64,000 nucleotides of DNA from assembly GCA_044432645.1 (NCBI GenBank), contig JAWXUM010000008.1, positions 1,056-65,055 of the forward strand. The letters run 5' to 3'. The stretch comes from Clostridia bacterium (GTDB lineage Bacteria; Bacillota; Clostridia; Oscillospirales; Acutalibacteraceae). Positions 32,879 to 42,784 of this stretch are shown one piece after another. The stretch's first letter is position 1. Each line of letters starts with the position of its first letter. The notes under the pieces were generated by a model. It saw nothing but the letters and a program-made list of their open reading frames with translations. It was not told the DNA's origin and searched no databases. The position numbers were made by a program, and so were the translations under genes.

Positions 32879-33283
32879 TCAAAGATTTTCAGCTAACGAT
32901 TTGAGTTCTTCAATTGGCATTTCCTTTCCTTGATATACCTTTGTTGTCTGAGCACTTCCAACTTCTTCAACCTTCATATAGACGGCACCTACATTTTTGC
33001 CACTAGCTTTTTTACCGATTGCATTAAACAGACCTGCCGTAGTTAGTACACTTGCTTTGTTGGAAGAAAATCCAGAAAGATCAGCTGTAGTGGCTGAGAG
33101 GATAGCTCCACACTTGTCACATAGGAAAAGTGTACGATTGCCCATCATTTCCATCTTATCTTTTAGTTTCCAATAAGGCTCATGTGTGCCACACATAGGA
33201 CATTTAGGAAATTTTGTGTCAATGAATTTCTGCGGGATACTACCAGAAAATCCATCGCATCGTCTAAAATCAAACATTCCCAT
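32879..33283 (-). CDS. Zinc-ribbon protein (CPMC...CDKC), first gene of the operon
   Basis: 134 aa. SD AAGAGG. Start lies 50 nt from the left inverted repeat of the invertible promoter. Confidence 0.65.
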   Translation of the reverse strand: MGMFDFRRCDGFSGSIPQKFIDTKFPKCPMCGTHEPYWKLKDKMEMMGNRTLFLCDKCGAILSATTADLSGFSSNKASVLTTAGLFNAIGKKASGKNVGAVYMKVEEVGSAQTTKVYQGKEMPIEELKSLAENL

Positions 33284-33333
33284 AATAATACCTCTTTCTT
33301 ACTTGATTTTTTGTATTATTAAATCAGCTATTT

Positions 33334-33518
33334 TCAAAATGTGTACTTTTTGATTATTGTTGGGAAGTAGTATTGGAATTTGATTTGTTTTTTTATGAAG
33401 ATAAAATCGAATAATTATACATAAAAAATTAACAGAATATTAAAAAAGTATTGACTTCAATTATTTATAGTGCTAAAATATTAATAATAAAACAGCTGTC
33501 AAAAAGTACACATTTTGA
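33334..33518. promoter_or_regulatory. Invertible promoter element (inverton) with Hin/Gin-type crossover sites
   Basis: Perfect 20-bp inverted repeats TCAAAATGTGTACTTTTTGA (33334-33353) and its complement (33499-33518) enclose 145 bp carrying a strong promoter. The half-sites resemble hix (ATCAAAAA). Confidence 0.75.
33451..33479 (+). promoter_or_regulatory. Promoter inside the invertible segment (currently facing right)
   Basis: TTGACT-N17-TGcTAAAAT (extended -10). Confidence 0.65.
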
Positions 33519-33524
33519 TAGCTG

Positions 33525-34148
<624 letters not shown>

Positions 34149-34367
34149 TCAATATATATTTATTATAAATTAAAAGAACAAGTACGAATAACGAACTTGT
34201 TCTTTTAATTTTATTATATTCAATTTTACTGCACAATTGTAATTATTTTCAATTATCATTATATGTAAATCCTTTCGCTGTTATTAACAAACAAGAGTAT
34301 ATCATATTAATGTTATAATAGCTAGATTAATAATAAGACAATATTTATGAGTTTATTAGCTATAATA

Positions 34368-34637
34368 TTTTACAGTATCCAGTACCCTCGGTTCACATTC
34401 CCACCTTAAAAGCATATACCTGAACCTATGACCTTCGGGTTATGAGCTTTGCTATAAGCGCAAAATTCAGTGTTTATGGGAGTTTATAGCACTTTTTAGT
34501 CCATAAAATTGCCAAAAACCCGAGTGTCATTTCCACCCAGTCCACTGTTTCCGTCCCAGTTTTTCCTATTATGGGTCAAAACATGGGTCAAGCTTTAAAA
34601 GTAATAAAGTCTAGTTTGATTTTTAATAAAATAAGCT
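34368..34637 (+). repeat. U270 repeat, copy b
   Basis: Near identical to 9594-9862. Confidence 0.8.
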
Positions 34638-34671
34638 CTCAAAATTTGCTATGCTGTAAACAAAGAAAGAC
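34638..34671 (+). repeat. Cassette-boundary site, copy 7
   Basis: CTCAAAATTTGCTATGCTGTAAACAAAGAAAGAC, identical to copy 2. Confidence 0.85.
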
Positions 34672-35243
34672 TATTTTCTAAGCTTATCATATTGCACAAC
34701 AGTTTCACCCGATTTAAGATTAATTTTTTCTTTATATAATAAGGTGTATTTTGTCTGACCTTTGGTATAATCTCTGTTGGTTTTTGGAAAGAACGAGCGA
34801 CAGAAATATGTATTATCCTCTTTTTGTGAGATGAATATATAAATATCATCCTCGTTTAGCGGAGTAGATAAAAGAAAATCTGCTTGTATTAAAGAAAACA
34901 TATTAACTTTTTCGTTGTATCTAAAAATAATGTTGTTATCGTCAAAGAGTTTTTCAATATTTGATAATGGGAAAAATCTATCCTCAATTTGAGAGATATA
35001 TCGACTTGTACAAATTTTATCATAAGTAGTTTTGTTCGAAATTATAGAATTAAATACTTCTTCACGATTTTGTCTTGCAACTCTTAAATCTTTTAGTTTA
35101 CCCAAACCTATTAGATGGTGAAAATCCCATTTTGTAAACACAATATTTAAGTCAATTAAATTTTCTTTTCTGCCTAAAATTATATGATATTTAATATTTA
35201 ACAATTTTTCAAACGATTTTGCACACGCAAATAATTCATCCAT
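34671..35243 (-). CDS. Putative PBECR4-like nuclease, paralog B
   Basis: Start moved to MDELFACAKSF (SD GAGGGA). C-terminal 70 aa almost identical to paralog A, N-terminal half diverged. Confidence 0.55.
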   Translation of the reverse strand: MDELFACAKSFEKLLNIKYHIILGRKENLIDLNIVFTKWDFHHLIGLGKLKDLRVARQNREEVFNSIISNKTTYDKICTSRYISQIEDRFFPLSNIEKLFDDNNIIFRYNEKVNMFSLIQADFLLSTPLNEDDIYIFISQKEDNTYFCRSFFPKTNRDYTKGQTKYTLLYKEKINLKSGETVVQYDKLRK

Positions 35244-35432
35244 AAACTTCCCTCTCATATTAAAACAGTCGCCTTGCTTTCGCAAGACGACTAAGGTGCA
35301 TTTTCTTTCGGTAAAACCTACTCCGACTTGAGGTTATTGCACAACCCCTACTGAAAGCTAGGCATAACAAGGCTTGTCGGTACGCTATTATGCTTCATCG
35401 CTTAGACAGACACACAGTCGTTGCCTGTTGTT
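35244..35432 (-). ncRNA. Structured 5' leader RNA with intrinsic terminator (copy B)
   Basis: Same promoter, 5' block and terminator (35267-35292) as copy A. The central helix is 35376-35380 with 35323-35327. Confidence 0.6.
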
Positions 35433-35438
35433 ATTATT

Positions 35439-35467
35439 ATATTACACTATTGTAGCAAATATGTCAA
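35439..35467 (-). promoter_or_regulatory. Promoter of leader B
   Basis: TTGACA-N17-TAATAT. Confidence 0.6.
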
Positions 35468-35659
35468 CGAGTTTAGAAAAATTTTGAGTTAAAAAATACT
35501 GGTTATTCTTTGTTAGATTTGCGAATAGAAATAATATTAATTTAGTGGTATAATTAATATATTATAATTTAAATTTATCCTTTGTGAAAAACTATTTTTC
35601 TAGTGTGACTGTGGATTCGAATTTTTTAATTATAAATTTTTATTATAAGGGAGATTAAT

Positions 35660-36490
35660 ATGAAAGATATTAATATATATGCGTTCGCTGATGAAGCAGC
35701 AAAAAGCTTTGACGAACAAATTATTGCACTAAAACGAAACAACTTAAAAGGACTTGAAGCAAGAAAAATTGATGGCGAGAAAATAACAACTATCACACTT
35801 GAAAAAGCAAAAATTATGAAGCAAAAGCTTGATGATGCTGGACTTGTTACTTTTAGTATTGCTTCACCTATTGCTAAAATAGATATTAGAAATGATTTTA
35901 AAGAGCATTTAGAAACATTCAAGCATACTTTAGAAGTGGGCAGTATTTTAGACTGTCATCAAATGCGAATATTCTCTTTTAGAATTAAAAATGATAACGA
36001 TTATGTCGATTATAGAAACGAAATTATTGAAAGACTTTCTATTTTATGCGAAACGGCTAAACCATATGGCATGGAATTATGCCACGAAAACGAAAAAGGT
36101 ATTTATGGTGATATCGCAGTGAGATACTTAGATATTTTAAAGGAAGTTCCTTATTTGAAAGGAATTTTCGACCCAGCTAATTTTGTTCAATGTGGACAGG
36201 ACACTTTGGAAGCTTGGGATATGCTTTCGAGTTACATAAAATATATGCATATTAAAGATGCCTTTGAAAATGGAGTTATTGTTCCTGCTGGAAAAGGTAT
36301 TGGTAACGTTAAAGCAATCTGTGAAAAATACATCGCACTCGGTGGCAAAGATTTTTCAATTGAACCACATCTTGCAATTTTTGACGGACTAAAAGACCTT
36401 GAAGGCGACGAGTTCACAAGTAAAGTTAAATATGCAAATGCTACAGAAGCATTTGATGTTGCTTGTAGTTCTTTTAAAGCTTTATTTTAA
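35660..36490 (+). CDS. Sugar phosphate isomerase/epimerase (xylose-isomerase-like TIM barrel)
   Basis: 276 aa. CHENEKGIYG motif. SD AGGGAG. Confidence 0.65.
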   Translation: MKDINIYAFADEAAKSFDEQIIALKRNNLKGLEARKIDGEKITTITLEKAKIMKQKLDDAGLVTFSIASPIAKIDIRNDFKEHLETFKHTLEVGSILDCHQMRIFSFRIKNDNDYVDYRNEIIERLSILCETAKPYGMELCHENEKGIYGDIAVRYLDILKEVPYLKGIFDPANFVQCGQDTLEAWDMLSSYIKYMHIKDAFENGVIVPAGKGIGNVKAICEKYIALGGKDFSIEPHLAIFDGLKDLEGDEFTSKVKYANATEAFDVACSSFKALF

Positions 36491-36502
36491 ATTAAACTGT
36501 AT

Positions 36503-36541
36503 AAAAAACCTCGTAGAAAATTTTATTTCTACGAGGTTTTT
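36503..36541. terminator. Bidirectional terminator between convergent genes
   Basis: AAAACCTCGTAGAAA / TTTCTACGAGGTTTT stem flanked by A- and T-runs. Confidence 0.8.
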
Positions 36542-36550
36542 AATTTATTA

Positions 36551-38116
36551 TTAACCTTCAAGTATACACGCAAGTTCTTCTTCATAAAGTTCGTGGGTTT
36601 TCCAGATATCCACATCAACATCATTGCTCAAGACTGTTCCAGTTGTGTTTCTGCCGTTTTCTACTGCAATTTGGAGTTTTGAAATTAAAGATTTTACTAT
36701 ATCTATATTTTCAAGAGCAATATTATTTTTCTCGCTTGGGTCAATTTCCATATCATAAAGTTGAATTGGAGGAAGATTTAGTTCTTTTGCCATTTCTGGA
36801 GTGGAAATATCGTATTGATATGATTTGCTAGAAAAATAAGTGCCAGCACCACTGTATGGCGACAAAATAAGTTTCCATTTTGAAGTGCGAACAGCAAATT
36901 TGCCTGTTGATGATTGATGAATACAAAAATCACGCTCGGCAGTTTTATTTTCGAAAACTGAAGAAATATCAAAACTATCCTCTGCTGAATTACTTGAATA
37001 AGTTGAATTTGTTAAACTTGCAACCGTTGCAAAAACGTCAGTTAAGCAAACAAGGTTGTCGAATTCTTTTTCACATTCAAGATGGTTTTTCCACTGCATA
37101 ATGAATGGAATTCTGTGTCCACCGTCCCAAGCATCTGCCTTGTAACCACGATAAATTCCTGATGGGTGATGACCTTGTTCTAAAAGATTATCCACGCCAA
37201 TATACGAAGCACAGCCGTTGTCACTTGCGAAAATTATGATTGTATCTTCTTCAATTCCACAATCTTTAACTTTTTGAATAATTCTGCCAAGCGAGTTGTC
37301 AGTTTCTAAAACCATGTCGGCATATGGTGAATTTAGTCCACTTATGCCACTAAATTCCTTGCTTGGTACAAGTGGTGTGTGTGGAGTTGTGGCAGCGAAG
37401 TATAAAAAAAATGGTTTTTCGTCTTGAGAATTTTCTTCAATATATTTTTCGGCACGGTTTGTTAAGTTTCCAATAATTTCGTCAAATTTAAAGTTTGGTG
37501 CAACAGGTCCACACATTGAAGCAATATTATCACCAATAAATTCATCTGACAACCATTGGTCGGGAATTTCTGTTGGATAGTTATTTTCGATATATGTATA
37601 AGGTGGCCAGTTTGGTAAATCGACACCATATGAATAATCGAAACCATGGTGAGTTGGACTATCAAGAGTTGGTTTAGAAAAAGCTTCTTTCCAAACTTCT
37701 TGCAATTCTTCGATAGTTTTTGATGTTTTCTTTTTTGTTCTATAGAAAAAGTCGCCATTTTTTGCGTCAAAATCCCAGCCAAAACCCAAGTGCCATTTGC
37801 CAATATGGGCGGTGTTATAGCCATTTTCTTGCATCATTGTTCCAATTGTTGCTTGCTCTTTTTTAATCCAAGAGTTGCCGTAAACACTGCAAATTCCACC
37901 TTGATGTTCGCTTCGCCAGTTGTGTCTGCCAGTAAGCAGTGAGTATCTTGAAGGAGTGCATATTGCAGAGCTTGCGTGAACATCGGTGAATTTAACTCCG
38001 TTTTTCGCCATTTCATCCATGCATTTAGTGTTAATTTTGCTGTCTGAGTTAAAACAAGATACATCGCCATATCCTAAATCATCGGCAAAATAGATTATAA
38101 CATTTGGTTTTTTCAT
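36551..38116 (-). CDS. Sulfatase (Cys-type, S1 family), no signal peptide
   Basis: IIYFADDLGYGD and SSAICTPSRYSLLTGR (CxPxR). Start moved to MKKPN behind GGGGGA. Confidence 0.9.
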   Translation of the reverse strand: MKKPNVIIYFADDLGYGDVSCFNSDSKINTKCMDEMAKNGVKFTDVHASSAICTPSRYSLLTGRHNWRSEHQGGICSVYGNSWIKKEQATIGTMMQENGYNTAHIGKWHLGFGWDFDAKNGDFFYRTKKKTSKTIEELQEVWKEAFSKPTLDSPTHHGFDYSYGVDLPNWPPYTYIENNYPTEIPDQWLSDEFIGDNIASMCGPVAPNFKFDEIIGNLTNRAEKYIEENSQDEKPFFLYFAATTPHTPLVPSKEFSGISGLNSPYADMVLETDNSLGRIIQKVKDCGIEEDTIIIFASDNGCASYIGVDNLLEQGHHPSGIYRGYKADAWDGGHRIPFIMQWKNHLECEKEFDNLVCLTDVFATVASLTNSTYSSNSAEDSFDISSVFENKTAERDFCIHQSSTGKFAVRTSKWKLILSPYSGAGTYFSSKSYQYDISTPEMAKELNLPPIQLYDMEIDPSEKNNIALENIDIVKSLISKLQIAVENGRNTTGTVLSNDVDVDIWKTHELYEEELACILEG

Positions 38117-38132
38117 TTTAAATTCCCCCAAA

Positions 38133-39365
38133 TTAATAGTTATGAATAATGTCCATTACAGTTTTTTCCCATTCAAATAAATTGCTAGGTCTACCACCAA
38201 CTGTGCTTATGTCTTTTAATGTAAGTTCAAAATTGCAAGAGTTTTTATAGCAAGCGTCCATAATTGTGCAAATTTCTTTTTTCAAAACTTCTTTGTCAAG
38301 AGTTCCAACAGCAACTGAAGATGGATTTGGTTTTGAAGCAATTACATACTTTTTGCCAATTGTTTCGGCTGCAACATTAACATCAGCCCAAGGTGTTATA
38401 GATATTTTGCGAAGATTAGGAATTTTTTCTACTATGTCGATTTTTTTATCAAGTCCTTCACAACAGCCATAATAAACAAGTCCGCATTTACCAACGGTTT
38501 TTTTCATGTACTCAATGTCAAATTCCTCTTGCATATCTTTTGAAACACTTGCAAAAATTTGTGCAGCACCTCTTCCCCAAAGGTTTTTATAATCGCAGTT
38601 GTCAACTTCTGGGTGAAGTGTGCTGTTCAGTGCTGATGTAGAGTGAACTGCATCAGGTGAGGTATCAAAAAGACCAAGTTTAAGGTATTGGTCGTGTCTG
38701 TTCATGTAAATATCAGTTAATTTTGCCACTAATTCGTGCGAAAATTCTGGTTCGTCCATTAAATCAATAAGCAGTGGGGTAACACCACGAAAGTTTGCAA
38801 TTCTGTCCCAAGTTGTCATTCCAACTTTGCTCACACCGATTTTTCTAACAGGAATAATATCGCCAACTGCATTTGCTATTTTGAAAAATTTTGCGTTAGT
38901 GCCTTCTTCATCATAAGTTATTGTGTCATAATGAAGCTTTTCAAGTCCTGATGTATCTGCAAATTGGTCAACATATTCATGCGATGATATGTTGGATTTT
39001 GTATTGTCTTTTAGTGTGTGGTCAATAGTTCCAACACCAATGCCAGTTGAATGAACTATTTTTCTAATTGGCAAATATGGTTGAACTATCATATCGGCAC
39101 GGAAGTTTTCAAATTGATAGATAGATTTACGCATAACCATTTCAATTCTTTTAAAATCCGGGTCTGAACAAAGTGGAGTTAAAACATTGTCTACATTCAG
39201 TTCGTTCCAAGGGATTTCGTCAATTAAAACAATAGGTCTAACCATTTTTAAATCGTTTACTGCACGGTGAAGTGTACGGCGTTCATCGTTGTGTGATTCT
39301 TGTGAGTTTGCTAAATATTTTCTTGCTAATCCTCGTAATACTGCAACTTCTTCATTATAATTCAT
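38133..39365 (-). CDS. URO-D-like (uroporphyrinogen decarboxylase/MtaA-fold) family protein, tentative
   Basis: About 410 aa. LIDLMDEPEFSHELVAKLTD motif is shared with the 54084-55220 product. Start moved to ATG 39365. Confidence 0.4.
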   Translation of the reverse strand: MNYNEEVAVLRGLARKYLANSQESHNDERRTLHRAVNDLKMVRPIVLIDEIPWNELNVDNVLTPLCSDPDFKRIEMVMRKSIYQFENFRADMIVQPYLPIRKIVHSTGIGVGTIDHTLKDNTKSNISSHEYVDQFADTSGLEKLHYDTITYDEEGTNAKFFKIANAVGDIIPVRKIGVSKVGMTTWDRIANFRGVTPLLIDLMDEPEFSHELVAKLTDIYMNRHDQYLKLGLFDTSPDAVHSTSALNSTLHPEVDNCDYKNLWGRGAAQIFASVSKDMQEEFDIEYMKKTVGKCGLVYYGCCEGLDKKIDIVEKIPNLRKISITPWADVNVAAETIGKKYVIASKPNPSSVAVGTLDKEVLKKEICTIMDACYKNSCNFELTLKDISTVGGRPSNLFEWEKTVMDIIHNY

Positions 39366-39380
39366 AATCAAAAACTCCTT

Positions 39381-41408
39381 TTAAAGTGTGATACAATCTA
39401 ATAGTTCTTCGTGCCCTTTTTTAATGAAAATAGGGATAATTTCAATTGGTGCGTCACAAACAATGTCAATTCCACCTTCAAATTCTTCTTTTGTGAAAGC
39501 GTTTATCCAAGTTGTGCCAGCTGGTAAATAAACATTGCGTTTTCTTTGTTTGTATTCTGTGATAGGAGCAACAAGAATTGCTTCACCGAATAAGTATTCG
39601 TCTTTAATATCCCAAGCTTTTTCGTCGTTTTGGAAATCGTAGAATAAACCACGGATAACTGGTTCGCCAGTTGCAGTTGAATTATCCAATGTTTTTCTAA
39701 TATAAGGCTTAAGATTTTTTCTGATATTTAAATAACTTTTCATTATTTCGCAATTTGCTTCGCCATAAGACCAAATTTCGTTGTCAGCACCACTTTTGCA
39801 TTTACCACCACGAGTTGTTGAAAGTGGCTCTTTGTTTGGGGCACGGTTTCCGTGAAGTCTTGCAACAGGACAGAAGATGCCATATTGAAACCAACGGATT
39901 ATTAATTCTTGGAATTTTTCATCGTGAATATTTCCGTTATAGAAACCGCCAATATCAGTGTTCCACCAAGGAATACCAGCCATGCCCATGTGTATACCAC
40001 AAACAATTTGATTTTTAAATGCAGGGAATGTTGAAGGCACGTCGCCAGACCAAACAAGTGCGCCATATTTTTGGCTACCAGCCCAAGCACAGCGAACTAA
40101 ACTTATAATATTGTCTTTTTCGCCAACGCTTACAAGACCATCGTGGAAAGTTTTAGTGTAGTGAAGTGGGAATACATTTCCAACTTCGGCCGCAGAACCA
40201 AGGTAATGTCTGTAATTATTAAAATCATATTTTGAATAAGCTGGCTCGGCAACATCAAGCCAAAAAGATTTTATGCCGTATTTATAGTAGTTTTCTTTCA
40301 CAGTGTTCCAAACATATTTTTGGGCATCAGGGTTTGTAAAATCCAAAATATTTGTTGTGTCTACTGTGAATTTGCTTATGTTAATGCCTGTTTCAGTGCG
40401 AATAAGGTAACCTAATTCTTCAATTTTTTTGTATGTTGGTGATTCAAGTGCAACTGATGGCCAAATTGAAACACAAACTTCTGTTCCCATTGCTTTAAGT
40501 TCATCAACCATAGCTTTAGGGTCTGGCCAATAATCTTTGTCAAAACCCCAAGTGCCTTGGTGTGTCCAGTGAAAATAATCGATAACAATAACGTCCAAAG
40601 GCATATTCATGTCGTTATATTTTCTTGCGATTTCTAAAACTTCATCTTGAGTTTGATATCTTAATTTACTTTGCCAAAAACCAAGTGCATAGTCAGGCAT
40701 AACAGGTGGTTTACCAGTTACATCTGTGTAGTTGCGAACAACTTCTGCTGGAGTGTCGCCAGTTGTTATCCAGTAATCAATTTCTTTAGTACATTCAGAA
40801 GTCCATTCTGTCATGTTACTTCCAAAAGTTGCACGGCCAATAGATGGGTTATTCCACAAAAAGCCGTAACCTAAATTTGAATACATGAATGGAATAGAAA
40901 CTTGAGAGTTTTTCTGTGCTAATTCTAGGAAAGAACCTTTTAAATCTAAAAGTCCATTTTGATATTGACCCATACCGTATATTTTTTCGTTCTCGTTTGC
41001 GTGGAATTTAAGCGAAGTTTCGAAATAATCACCAGCAACCGATTTCATTTCTTTCGATAAAATTCTAAGGCTTGTCATTGTGTCGTATTCGTATTCTTTA
41101 AGAAGAACTTCGCCTTTTTGGTTTTGGAAAAGCAATTTTCCTTTTGGGTTCATTGTAACTTTAATGTTGCCATTAGTCATTATAACTTTTGTTTTTGGTG
41201 CAACGATAATTTCATCACATTCGGTTTCTTCGGCTACATATTCTAAAACAGGCTCTGCTGTAAAAGTGTCCTCTAACGCCCAGTTTTGGTCTTGAAATTT
41301 GTTCAGTTTAGTAACACGAACACGAATAGCGTTTTTAGAAAAAGCTTCGATTTGAGTTATTTGACCTGCAGCTTGTCTGATAATCTTATTTTCTTTAATT
41401 ACAATCAT
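39381..41408 (-). CDS. GH31 alpha-glycosidase (alpha-glucosidase/xylosidase type)
   Basis: 675 aa. FWLDVAEP nucleophile region, VWSGD and WNTDIGGF motifs. Confidence 0.85.
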   Translation of the reverse strand: MIVIKENKIIRQAAGQITQIEAFSKNAIRVRVTKLNKFQDQNWALEDTFTAEPVLEYVAEETECDEIIVAPKTKVIMTNGNIKVTMNPKGKLLFQNQKGEVLLKEYEYDTMTSLRILSKEMKSVAGDYFETSLKFHANENEKIYGMGQYQNGLLDLKGSFLELAQKNSQVSIPFMYSNLGYGFLWNNPSIGRATFGSNMTEWTSECTKEIDYWITTGDTPAEVVRNYTDVTGKPPVMPDYALGFWQSKLRYQTQDEVLEIARKYNDMNMPLDVIVIDYFHWTHQGTWGFDKDYWPDPKAMVDELKAMGTEVCVSIWPSVALESPTYKKIEELGYLIRTETGINISKFTVDTTNILDFTNPDAQKYVWNTVKENYYKYGIKSFWLDVAEPAYSKYDFNNYRHYLGSAAEVGNVFPLHYTKTFHDGLVSVGEKDNIISLVRCAWAGSQKYGALVWSGDVPSTFPAFKNQIVCGIHMGMAGIPWWNTDIGGFYNGNIHDEKFQELIIRWFQYGIFCPVARLHGNRAPNKEPLSTTRGGKCKSGADNEIWSYGEANCEIMKSYLNIRKNLKPYIRKTLDNSTATGEPVIRGLFYDFQNDEKAWDIKDEYLFGEAILVAPITEYKQRKRNVYLPAGTTWINAFTKEEFEGGIDIVCDAPIEIIPIFIKKGHEELLDCITL

Positions 41409-41528
41409 AAATCCTCCAAAAAATTTATTTTACTCTTGTATTATATAACAAATGCGTTATAATAGATTGTATGATAAAGGTTTAAAAACTGGTATGTTCC
41501 TATACCTTTTAGTAAGGAGTTGTTTATT

Positions 41529-42377
41529 ATGTTTAAAAATGTTTCAAGAAAAAGAATGAAATTTGCGTATACTCCCAGTAAATTGACCGAGGAGTTGATT
41601 ACAGTATCATCACAAATGGGTGTTAACAATTCAAACAAAATGTATTTAAATAGAAAGACGTTTAACGACTATCAAGTTATGTATGTTGCTAAAGGCGAAA
41701 TACATTTAAATCAGTATGGAAATAAATATGTTTACAAACAGGGCGAAACGGTTTTGATGAGCCTTTATGATGAACATGAGTACTATGCCAATCCAGAAAA
41801 AGCTACACAGGTTTTGTGGTTTCATTTCAGGGGTGCAACAACAGAATCCATTGTGAAAACCTTGAACATTAATAAATTATTTCCAATTAAATATGTAAAC
41901 CCTAATATAGAAGGAAAAATATTAGATTTATTTACGGTTATTAATAGAGAAAATATAGATTTTGAATATGAATTAGCACCGATGCTTTATGAAATGGTTG
42001 CCCAAATTTCCAGAGAAACTTTAGTCGAACTCGAAAATACGATAAATTCTTCACAAAAATGGTTTCACAGTGCAGTTATACTTTACATAGAAAATCATAT
42101 TACTGAAAAACTTACGATTGAAGATATCAGTAGGGGGATAGGGCTTAAAAAAAGCTATTTTGTTAAAAAATTCTCTAATTTTTTCGACATACCTCCATAT
42201 CAATTAATAATAAAGATGAAACTGGAGTATTCAACGGATTTATTAATATCGGATGATATTAGTGTTTGTGAAATTGCAAACAAGTTGTGTTTTACAGACC
42301 AAAGCCATTATGGCAAACATTTTAAAAAAAATTACGGTACATCGCCAGCAAACTATAGGAAAATGTTCACAAAATAA
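41529..42377 (+). CDS. AraC-family transcriptional regulator
   Basis: Cupin-like N-terminal domain and C-terminal double HTH (FTDQSHYGKHFKKNYGTSPANYRK). Divergent from the GH31 operon. Confidence 0.85.
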   Translation: MFKNVSRKRMKFAYTPSKLTEELITVSSQMGVNNSNKMYLNRKTFNDYQVMYVAKGEIHLNQYGNKYVYKQGETVLMSLYDEHEYYANPEKATQVLWFHFRGATTESIVKTLNINKLFPIKYVNPNIEGKILDLFTVINRENIDFEYELAPMLYEMVAQISRETLVELENTINSSQKWFHSAVILYIENHITEKLTIEDISRGIGLKKSYFVKKFSNFFDIPPYQLIIKMKLEYSTDLLISDDISVCEIANKLCFTDQSHYGKHFKKNYGTSPANYRKMFTK

Positions 42378-42784
42378 CTAAAAAAATTTTATCGCTACAC
42401 ATAAATACTAAAAAAATAATCGATATATGAAAATTTTAGTTTCTTATGTATAGCGTTTTTTTGTCTTTTTTTATAGAAATATAATTATAAAAATCTTGCC
42501 AAAAGGTTATAAATTTAACCAAATGTTAAAATACTATATTAAAAAGTGGAAAAACAATAGCTTATTTTCACAATATTTTCACAGTGATTTAACATTAATT
42601 TCATCTTTTATTTGGAATAAATGTGCAAAGATATGCCTTTTGTTAGTTTATTATGTACATAATGTGTAGAAAAAGCATTTAAAGTTGGTTTTGCGTTATT
42701 GAAATGTGAAATTTTATTTGATATTATAGTGACACAGAGATGAACAGAATGTTAATCGTTATATTTTATAAAGGGGAGTTAACA

